Assembly (NCBI GenBank): GCA_021325135.1
Contig: JAJPHT010000036.1
Coordinates: forward strand, 1-64,000
DNA from: Pseudomonadota bacterium
Lineage (GTDB): Archaea > Thermoplasmatota > SW-10-69-26 > JACQPN01 > JAJPHT01
Direction of reading: 5' to 3'
Length of the DNA stretch: 64,000 nucleotides
Part shown: in pieces, positions 56,719 through 64,000 of the stretch
Numbering within the stretch: position 1 is the first letter of the stretch
Layout: each line of letters opens with the position of its first letter
Translations under genes and position numbers: made by a program
Notes under the pieces: model-generated
The model's database searches: none
What the model saw: only the letters and a program-made list of their open reading frames with translations
What the model was told of the DNA's origin: nothing

Positions 56719-58920
56719 ATGGCCAAGGAGCGGAAGGACGGACGCGGAGCGGCGGAAGGACCCAAGGCGCGCGTGGCGGAGTCGCGCCCCGGAGAGGCGG
56801 GGCGGGGCCTCGTGCGGCTGGACCCCAAGCTGGCGGAGGCGCTGGGCGTCGAGCCCGGGGACGTCGTCCTCATCCACGGCAAGAAGACGACCGCGGCGCG
56901 CGTGTGGCCCGGGCTCCCGGAGGACCGCGGCCGCGGCGTCGTGCGCATGGACGGCATCCTAAGGCACAACGCGGGCGTAGGCACCGAGGACACGGTCACG
57001 CTCTCGCGCACCGAGGCGCGCCCCGCGCAGGCCGTGGGCCTCGCGCCCACCGAGCCGCTGCGCATCGTGGGCGGCGAGCAGTACCTCAAGCAGGTGCTCG
57101 AAGGGCGCGCGCTCCACCGCGGCGACCTCATCCCCCTGGGCATCATGGGGCGGCGCGTCGACCTCGTCGTCACCGCGCTGCGGCCCCAGGCGGACGTGGC
57201 CATCATGGGCCCCGAGACGGCGCTGAGCCTGGACGAGGAGCCGCCGCGCGACGTCGAGCAGGCCGGCGCGGGCGTGCGCTACGAGGACATCGGCGGCCTG
57301 GGCGAGGAGCTGACGCGCATCCGCGAGATGATCGAGCTTCCGCTGCGGCACCCCGAGATCTTCGAGCGCCTGGGCGTCGAGGCCCCCAAGGGCGTGCTGC
57401 TCCACGGGCCTCCGGGCACCGGCAAGACGCTCATCGCCAAGGCCGTCGCCAACGAGAGCGGGGCGCAGTTCTTCCAGATCGCGGGCCCCGAGATCATGAG
57501 CAAGTTCTACGGCGAGAGCGAGGAGCGCCTCCGCCAGATGTTCGAGGAGGCCGAGAAGGGCGCGCCCAGCATCGTGTTCATCGACGAGCTTGACAGCATC
57601 GCGCCCAAGCGCGAGGAGGTGACGGGCGAGGTGGAGCGCCGCGTCGTCGCGCAGCTGCTCACGCTCATGGACGGCCTCAAGGGCCGCGGGAAGGTCGTCG
57701 TCATCGGCGCGACCAACCGGCCCAACGCGCTGGACCCCGCGCTGAGGAGGCCGGGCCGGTTCGACCGCGAGATCGTGATCGGCGTCCCCGACCGCGACGG
57801 CCGCATGGAGATTCTCCAGATCCACACGCGCGGCATGCCGCTGGCGAAGGACGTGGAGCTTCCGCTCCTGGCGGACAACACGCACGGCTTCGTGGGCGCG
57901 GACCTCGCCGCCCTGGCCAAGGAGGCCGCCATGCGCGCGGTGCGCCGCATCCTGCCCGACCTGGACCTGGAGGCGGAGGCGATCCCGGGCGAGGTGCTGG
58001 AGAAGCTGGAGGTCACCATGGAGGACTTCACCGAGGCGTTCCGCGAGATGGAGCCCAGCGCGCTGCGCGAGGTGCTCGTGCAGACGCCCAACGTGAAGTG
58101 GGACCAGGTGGGCGGCGCGGAGGAGGCGAAGCGCCAGCTCCAGCAGGCCGTCGAGTGGCCCCTCAAGTACCGCCTGCTCTTCAGCCACCTGCGCACGAAG
58201 CCGCCCCGCGGCGTGCTGCTCCACGGCCCGCCCGGCACCGGGAAGACGCTGCTCGCGAAGGCCGTCGCCACCGAGTCCAAGGCCAACTTCATCGCGGTGA
58301 AGGGGCCTGAGTTCCTCAGCAAGTGGGTGGGCGAGAGCGAGCGCGCGGTGCGCGAGGTGTTCCGCAAGGCCCGCGAGGCGGCGCCCACGATCCTCTTCTT
58401 CGACGAGATCGACAGCATCGTCCCCGCGCGCGGCCGCGGCTCGGACAGCCAGGTCACGGAGCGCATCGTGAGCAGCCTCCTCAACGAGATGGACGGCATC
58501 GAGCCGCTGCACGGCGTGACGGTGCTCGCGGCGACGAACCGCGCCGACCTGCTGGACCCCGCCCTCCTGAGGCCCGGCCGCTTCGACCGCATCGTGGAGG
58601 TGGGCATGCCCGAGGAGAAGGCGCGCCTGGAGATCCTCAACATCCACGCGCGCGGCCGGCCGCTGGGCGACGACGTGAGCCTGGAGGCGCTGGCCCGGGA
58701 CACGGAGGGCCTCTCCGGCGCGCAGATCGAGGCCCTCGTGGAGAACGCCTCGCTCCTGGCCCTGGAGGACTACCTCGCCCACGGCGGCGACCCCGCCGAC
58801 GAGGCGAAGGTCCAGGGCGTGCGCATCGAGGACACGCACATGCGCCGCGCCCTGGTGGACGTGAAGCGCGAGGCGGAGGGGCCCGCGAGCCGGTACGCGA
58901 CCGGCGTGCCCTACGCTTGA
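56719..58920 (+). CDS. cdc48: CDC48/VAT AAA+ ATPase
   Basis: YEDIGG; two GPPGTGKT motifs; [11 protein letters not shown]; FFDEIDS. Confidence 0.96.
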   Translation: MAKERKDGRGAAEGPKARVAESRPGEAGRGLVRLDPKLAEALGVEPGDVVLIHGKKTTAARVWPGLPEDRGRGVVRMDGILRHNAGVGTEDTVTLSRTEARPAQAVGLAPTEPLRIVGGEQYLKQVLEGRALHRGDLIPLGIMGRRVDLVVTALRPQADVAIMGPETALSLDEEPPRDVEQAGAGVRYEDIGGLGEELTRIREMIELPLRHPEIFERLGVEAPKGVLLHGPPGTGKTLIAKAVANESGAQFFQIAGPEIMSKFYGESEERLRQMFEEAEKGAPSIVFIDELDSIAPKREEVTGEVERRVVAQLLTLMDGLKGRGKVVVIGATNRPNALDPALRRPGRFDREIVIGVPDRDGRMEILQIHTRGMPLAKDVELPLLADNTHGFVGADLAALAKEAAMRAVRRILPDLDLEAEAIPGEVLEKLEVTMEDFTEAFREMEPSALREVLVQTPNVKWDQVGGAEEAKRQLQQAVEWPLKYRLLFSHLRTKPPRGVLLHGPPGTGKTLLAKAVATESKANFIAVKGPEFLSKWVGESERAVREVFRKAREAAPTILFFDEIDSIVPARGRGSDSQVTERIVSSLLNEMDGIEPLHGVTVLAATNRADLLDPALLRPGRFDRIVEVGMPEEKARLEILNIHARGRPLGDDVSLEALARDTEGLSGAQIEALVENASLLALEDYLAHGGDPADEAKVQGVRIEDTHMRRALVDVKREAEGPASRYATGVPYA

Positions 58921-58963
58921 GTGGGCGCGCCCGTGCTGGGCCCCTGCTCGTGTCGCTGGGGCT

Positions 58964-59051
58964 CCGCCCCACCATCCCCGAATCTCCGAATCGCCGAATC
59001 CCCGGCGTTGGTTCGGTGGTTCCCGTGGTCCGGTGGTTTGGCGGGGGGGGG
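58964..59051. repeat. 8-nt periodic imperfect hairpin downstream of cdc48
   Basis: ccgaatct-ccgaatcg-ccgaatcc ... ggttcggt-ggttcccg-tggtccggtgg. Confidence 0.7.
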
Positions 59052-59242
59052 AAAGGGGGCGGAGCCCCCAGCGAAAGCGAGAAGGAGCCGGACACCAAGC
59101 CCAGCGCAAGCATGGACTTATGTAGGAGGTCCATCTTCGGCCGCCTGACCAGCTGCTCCTGACCGGCCCGCGTGTCTTCGTCCCGCGTGTTCGTCGTGTG
59201 TAGGGCCTCCGCGGGAAACGCCGGTCGAGGAATTGCATTCGC

Positions 59243-60862
59243 ATGGTCAAGTTCGACTCCTTCAGCCTCAGCGAGCCCGTCCTCCGCGCCCTCTCCGACA
59301 TGGGCTTCGAGGAGGCCTCCCCCATCCAGGCCGCCATCGTCCCCACGCTCCTTGCGGGCAAGGACGCCATCGGCCAGGCGCAGACCGGCACCGGCAAGAC
59401 GGCCGCCTTCGGCATCCCCCTGGTCGAGGCCGCCATCAAGGGCGTGCCCGGCCTCGTGCTGGCGCCCACGCGCGAGCTGGCGCAGCAGGTCTGCGCCGAA
59501 TTGGACCGCATCGGCCAGCACGCGGGCATCAAGGCGCTGGCGCTCTACGGCGGCGCCGCGTTCGGGCCCCAGGCGCGCGCCATCCAGAGCGGCGACTACA
59601 GCATCCTCGTCGCGACGCCGGGCCGCCTGCGCGACCACATCGAGCGCGGCACCCTGGCGCCCGAGAGCGCGGGCATCGTCGTCCTCGACGAGGCCGACGA
59701 GATGCTGGACATGGGCTTCCTGGAGGAGGTCGAGGCGATCCTGGAGGCCGTAGGCCCCCAGCGCCAGACGCTCCTCTTCAGCGCGACCATGCCCGAGCCC
59801 ATCGTGGCCCTGGCGGACCGCTTCCTCAAGGACCCCGAGATCGTGAGCGTCGCGGGCGAGAACCGCAGCGTCGCCACGGCGAACACGACGCAGTACGCCG
59901 TCGCCGTGCAGCACCACGAGAAGCTCGACGCCCTCGTGCGCATCCTCACCGCCGAGCGCCCCACGGGCGCGCTCATCTTCCGCCACACGCGCGAGACGGT
60001 GGACGAGCTGGTCATGCAGCTTCGCGGCAAGGGCATCCGCGCCGAGGCGCTCCACGGCGGGATGGTCCAGAGCCTCCGCGAGGCCGTGCTGGACCGCCTG
60101 CGCCAGGGCGAGACCAAGGTGCTCGTCGCGACCAACGTCGCCGCGCGCGGCCTGGACGTCGACACCCTCAGCCACGTCGTCAACTACGACGCGCCCCGCG
60201 AGGCCGAGGCCTACGTCCACCGCATCGGGCGCACGGGCCGCGCCGGCCGCGAGGGGAGGAGCTTCCTCTTCGTGACGCCCGGCGACCGCGGCCGCCTGCG
60301 CGGCATCGAGCGCGCCCTGGGCGGCCGCCTGGAGTGGTTCGAGGCGCCCTCCGACGAGCAGGTCCGCGAGGCGGTGCGCGCCAACACCGAGCAGTGGCTC
60401 GCCGAGCAGACGCTCCAGACCGCCGAGGACCACCTGCGCATCGTGGACGGCCTCGTGGAGAAGGGCGCCAACCCCCGCGTGCTTGCCGCGAAGCTCCTGG
60501 GCCTCCTGGCCCGGCACGAGGGGCTCGTCGCCCCCCCGCTGGAGCCGCGCCGCGCGCCCCGCCCCGCCTCCCCCCGCCGCGAGTTCGCCGGCGCGCACGT
60601 TGCCGTGGCCTTGAACGTCGGCCGCGAGGACGGCGTGCGGCCCGCCGACATCGTGGGCGCCTTCGCCAACGAGGGCGGGCTCACGGGCGGCGAGATCGGC
60701 CGCATCGACATCCTGGCGCGCATGAGCGTCGTCGAGGTGCCCTCCGACCGCGTCGAGGAGGTCGCCGAGGCGATGCGGAGCACGACCATCCGGGGCAGGG
60801 CGCTTCAGATGCGGCCCGCCGAGCGCTGGCAGTTCCGCGCGCCCCCCAAGGCCATGAGGTAG
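59243..60862 (+). CDS. deaD: DEAD-box RNA helicase with DbpA RNA-binding domain (DeaD/CsdA-like)
   Basis: AQTGTGKT, PTRELA, DEAD, SAT, HRIGRTGRAG; C-terminal NVGREDGVRPADIVGA. Confidence 0.93.
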   Translation: MVKFDSFSLSEPVLRALSDMGFEEASPIQAAIVPTLLAGKDAIGQAQTGTGKTAAFGIPLVEAAIKGVPGLVLAPTRELAQQVCAELDRIGQHAGIKALALYGGAAFGPQARAIQSGDYSILVATPGRLRDHIERGTLAPESAGIVVLDEADEMLDMGFLEEVEAILEAVGPQRQTLLFSATMPEPIVALADRFLKDPEIVSVAGENRSVATANTTQYAVAVQHHEKLDALVRILTAERPTGALIFRHTRETVDELVMQLRGKGIRAEALHGGMVQSLREAVLDRLRQGETKVLVATNVAARGLDVDTLSHVVNYDAPREAEAYVHRIGRTGRAGREGRSFLFVTPGDRGRLRGIERALGGRLEWFEAPSDEQVREAVRANTEQWLAEQTLQTAEDHLRIVDGLVEKGANPRVLAAKLLGLLARHEGLVAPPLEPRRAPRPASPRREFAGAHVAVALNVGREDGVRPADIVGAFANEGGLTGGEIGRIDILARMSVVEVPSDRVEEVAEAMRSTTIRGRALQMRPAERWQFRAPPKAMR

Positions 60863-61068
60863 ACTGTTATCCCGCCACCCCTAACAAGGGTGGACTGTTA
60901 CGCCCCTCGCGGGGCGTTTCACAATCTTCCATCGATACTGCTTTCTCTGCCTTGGCGTGTAACAGCGTGGCCCCCCGCTGTGCGGCCGGGCTCCCCGGGC
61001 GTTGCCTCTGTTCCGGGGGGCCCGGCGGCACCCGCCACGGCTAAGCTCCGCGTCGTCCAATCCTGGCC

Positions 61069-62640
61069 ATGAGCGCCACGCCCTACCTCCCGGCCGAGCC
61101 GGCGGCCGGCGAGAACTGGCTCCGCGACGACCCCGCGCTGCGGCGCGTCCTGGCCACCCGCGCGCCCCCCGCCGCGCGCAAGGACCTGGAGGCGCGCCTG
61201 GACGCCCTGGGCGCCGTCGCGCCCCGGGAGATCGACCCCCTGGCCCGCGCCGCCGACGCGCGCCCCCCTCGCCTGGAGGGCAACGAGGTCGTCCTCACCC
61301 CGGAGTACCGCGAGCTGCAGCGCCTCGCCCGCGAGCACGAGGTCTTCACCCTGGCCTGGCGCGAGGGGCCCGCCAAGGGCTCGCGCCTCGCGACGCTCCT
61401 CCTGGGCTACCTCTACGGCCAGGCCGAGTGCGGCTACTACTGCCCGGCGTGCATGACCGACGGCGCCGCCTTCGTGCTGGACCGCCAGGGCGGGCACGAG
61501 GAGGTCGTGCGCCGGCTCGTGCAGCGCGGCGTCGAGGGCGCCTACGAGGGCGCGATGCTCCTCACCGAGCCCCAGGGGGGCAGCGACGTGGCGGCCACCG
61601 CGACGCGCGCCGAGAAGGGGGCCGAGGGCGGGTGGCGCCTCACCGGCCACAAGTGGTTCGCCAGCAACGCCAACGCGGAGGTCATCCTCACCCTCGCCCG
61701 CATGCCGGACGCGCCCGCGGGCACGCGCGGGCTGGGCCTCTTCCTCGTGCTGGCGAAGGGCAACCCGGGCGTCCGCCGCGTCGCGCTCAAGGAGAAGCTG
61801 GGCGTGCGCAGCATGGCGACGGCGGAGGTCCACCTCGAAGCCGCGCCCGCGCTCCTCGTGGCCGGCGAGGGGGAGGGCTTCAAGGCCATGGCGGAGATGG
61901 TCAACCTCTCGCGCCTCTACAACTCCGTCGCCAGCGTCGCCATCGCGCGGCGCGCGCTGCGCGAGGCGCAGAAGAACGGCCTCTGGCGGCGCGCCTTCGG
62001 CAAGCCCCTCTCCGAGCAGCCGCTCTACCGCGCCATGGTCGCCGGCATGGCCAACGACGTGCGCGGCGCGTTCCTCCTGGCCATGGACTGCGCCGAGGCG
62101 TTCGACAAGCAGGACCGCCCCCTCCTGCGCGCGCTCACGCCGCTGGCCAAGGCCGGCACCGCGCGCATGGCGGTGGAGGTCGCCTCCCTCGCGTGCGAAT
62201 CCCTCGGGGGAAACGGCTACGTGCAGCCCTGGGTCACCGAGCGCCTGCTGCGCGACGCGCAGGTGCTCCCCATCTGGGAAGGCACCACCAACGTGCAGGC
62301 CCTGGACTTCCTGCGCGGCATGGCCCGCGAGGGCGCGACCGACGCGCTCGTCCGCGGCTCGCTGCGCCTCTCCCAGGGCAGCGCGGCGCTGGACGACGCG
62401 TGGCGCGACCTCGCGGCCGACGTCGCGCGCCACGGCCCCTCCGAGGACCGCGCCCTCCTCTGGCTGGAACGGTGCTATCACCTGCGCGCGGCGAGCCTGC
62501 TCTGGCGCGACGCCTCCGACGGCGACCCCGCCGCCCGGGCGCACGCCGAGGCGTACCTCGCGAGGCGCGTGCTGCGCGACGACGAGGCGTGGGTCCGCCT
62601 CGCGCGCGAGAAGGGCGCGCTCCTGGCGGGATGGGAGTGA
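61069..62640 (+). CDS. Acyl-CoA dehydrogenase (AidB-like)
   Basis: CPACMTDG, LTEPQGGSDV, GHKWFAS, LKEKLG, LGGNGY, IWEGTTN. Confidence 0.9.
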   Translation: MSATPYLPAEPAAGENWLRDDPALRRVLATRAPPAARKDLEARLDALGAVAPREIDPLARAADARPPRLEGNEVVLTPEYRELQRLAREHEVFTLAWREGPAKGSRLATLLLGYLYGQAECGYYCPACMTDGAAFVLDRQGGHEEVVRRLVQRGVEGAYEGAMLLTEPQGGSDVAATATRAEKGAEGGWRLTGHKWFASNANAEVILTLARMPDAPAGTRGLGLFLVLAKGNPGVRRVALKEKLGVRSMATAEVHLEAAPALLVAGEGEGFKAMAEMVNLSRLYNSVASVAIARRALREAQKNGLWRRAFGKPLSEQPLYRAMVAGMANDVRGAFLLAMDCAEAFDKQDRPLLRALTPLAKAGTARMAVEVASLACESLGGNGYVQPWVTERLLRDAQVLPIWEGTTNVQALDFLRGMAREGATDALVRGSLRLSQGSAALDDAWRDLAADVARHGPSEDRALLWLERCYHLRAASLLWRDASDGDPAARAHAEAYLARRVLRDDEAWVRLAREKGALLAGWE

Positions 62641-62722
62641 ATCGCGCCCCCGGAAAGGTACAAATAGGGATTCCCCTTTCTCGCCGTGCTCCCCGGGGGT
62701 TTCCCCGAGTGGTTTGCGTTCA

Positions 62723-62797
62723 GGGCCCGTAGCTTAGTCCGGCTTGAGCATCCGGCTGATAACCGGAAGGTCCGCGGTTCGAATCCGCGCGGGCCCA
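62723..62797 (+). tRNA. tRNA-Ile (GAT)
   Basis: Acceptor stem gggcccg/cgggccc; anticodon arm tccgg-ctGATaa-ccgga; T loop ttcgaat. Confidence 0.95.
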
Positions 62798-62853
62798 CTT
62801 TTTCGCCGAGCGGAGCGAAGGCGAAGAAAGGGGCGCTTCGGCTTCCTGTCCGC

Positions 62854-63036
62854 TCACTCGCGGTCCTTGAAGCTCTCCTTCATGTCGCCCACGGCGTTCT
62901 TGGCCTCGCCGAGGCCCTGCTGGGCCTTGCCCTTGATCTCCTGGCCCTTGTCGCCGCGCAGGTGGCCGACGACCTCGTTGGTCTTGCCCTTGATCTTGTC
63001 CGTCGTGCCCGTGGTCTTCCGGTTCTCGTTCTCCAT
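62854..63036 (-). CDS. CsbD-family stress protein
   Basis: DKIKGKTNEVVGHLRGD...KGKAQQGLGEAK. Confidence 0.85.
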   Translation of the reverse strand: MENENRKTTGTTDKIKGKTNEVVGHLRGDKGQEIKGKAQQGLGEAKNAVGDMKESFKDRE

Positions 63037-63161
63037 GTGAGGTCACACCTGGTGGAGAGGACCGGCAGGCGGCCAGCAAAAAGGGTCTGGCGGCGCGGTC
63101 GATGGGCCCTTCGAAGGGCCGGCCAGAAGCCACCTCACGCGGCAGGCCCAAGACAGGCGCC

Positions 63162-63416
63162 ATGCGAAGCTGGCGGCTCCTCGTCCTCGCGCTCGTCCTC
63201 GTGGCCCCCCTGGCGGCGGCGCAGCCCGCCATGCCCACGGGGAACAACCAGACGGCCCCCAGCCCGTCGACGGGGAACAACGGCTCCGCGGTGGGGCCCA
63301 GCGAGTCGGTGGAGGGCGCGCCGGGCATCGTGTACGGCCTCCTCGTGCTGGCGGGCGTGCTCGCCTTCGCGGGCGTGCTGGGCTACGTGTCGGCGCAGTA
63401 CCGCCGGGGCCGCTAG
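63162..63416 (+). CDS. Small secreted/membrane-anchored protein
   Basis: Signal peptide, Ser/Thr linker, C-terminal TM plus RRGR. Confidence 0.65.
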   Translation: MRSWRLLVLALVLVAPLAAAQPAMPTGNNQTAPSPSTGNNGSAVGPSESVEGAPGIVYGLLVLAGVLAFAGVLGYVSAQYRRGR

Positions 63417-63691
63417 GCGCGCAGCAGGAGCCACGCCGCGGCGGCCTGGGCGACGAGGATGCCGCCCAGCGGGAGGAGGAACGCGGCCTTGCGCGTCTTG
63501 TGCCTGGCGAGGAGCATCGCCAGCACGAGGCCCGGGGAGCCCCCGGCCAGCGCCCACGCGAGGAGCGTGCGCTCGCGGACCCGCGCGCCGCCGCGCCGCG
63601 CCTGGGACTTGTCCGCGACCGCCAGGGCGAAGTCCACGAGGGACGCGGCGCCCACCCAGGCCAGGAGGATCGTCGCCAGCGTCGCCGCCAC
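63413..63691 (-). CDS. DUF1294-family membrane protein
   Basis: DKSQARRGGARVRERTL...GGSPG...RHKTRK. Confidence 0.85.
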   Translation of the reverse strand: MAATLATILLAWVGAASLVDFALAVADKSQARRGGARVRERTLLAWALAGGSPGLVLAMLLARHKTRKAAFLLPLGGILVAQAAAAWLLLRA

Positions 63692-63807
63692 GCGCGGGGA
63701 TGGATTCGGCAGCGTTTTCTACCCTTCCCGCGGAATCCACCGGCATGGATGGGTTGCGCAGCCGAGCGTCCGCCACGCGGCGCCCTGCGTCGCGGAGGGG
63801 ATGAGGC

Positions 63808-64000
63808 ACGGCCATCGACACGCCCATCCTGCTGCAGCTCTTCCTCGTGGCCCTGGGCGCCGTCGCGGGCGGCTGGGTCTGCCGGCGCGTGGGCCTCCCC
63901 GAGGTGCTCGGTTACCTGGGCGCGGGCGTCGTGCTGGGCCCCGCGATCCACCCGGCGGGGTTCGTGGACAACGGCCTCATCACCGACCTGCTCTACTTCG
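63808..64000 (+). CDS. Cation:proton antiporter (CPA2), partial; runs off window
   Basis: Hand translation: IDTPILLQLFLVALGAVAGGWVCRRVGLPEVLGYLGAGVVLGP; start codon unclear. Confidence 0.7.

Noticed and set aside
60864-60965. AT-richer spacer with ctgtta/taacag repeats and a small hairpin
   Set aside because: Short imperfect matches; compatible with an ordinary terminator/promoter

Overview
High-GC archaeal chromosome segment, most consistent with an uncultured Thermoplasmatota lineage (inferred from the archaeal rps13-rps4-rps11-rpoD operon, CDC48/VAT, a helicase-only Hef, class III pilins, and bacterial-type metK/metF/metH). 1-14.8 kb is core-like: VapC, an HTH-10 regulator, Trm112, SPFH, a protease/pseudoprotease pair, the methionine cycle, a PHP hydrolase and the r-protein/RNAP operon. 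About 14.9-31.95 kb is a visibly lower-GC accessory island with no integrase. It carries an intact SWIM-DDE transposase with an unannotated AbrB-like neighbour, an IS6-like remnant, many small Zn-finger/RHH genes and candidate defence genes: an overlapping HEPN-like + 936-aa helical pair, a 1211-aa PD-(D/E)XK protein and an RxxxxH HEPN protein. 33.5-46.4 kb is a type IV pilus locus bracketed by three paralogous TrmB regulators and a Walker-A-dead KaiC-like protein. The rest holds tandem lipoprotein paralogs with a swapped Cys-bounded loop, a 40-Cys secreted protein, tRNA-Leu(CAA), an orphan pilin-like gene, Hef, cyclophilin, CDC48, DeaD, an acyl-CoA dehydrogenase, tRNA-Ile(GAT) and CsbD. A set of intergenic hairpins built from 8/9-nt periodic units recurs across the window. 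All calls come from motif reading by eye; no database searches were run.
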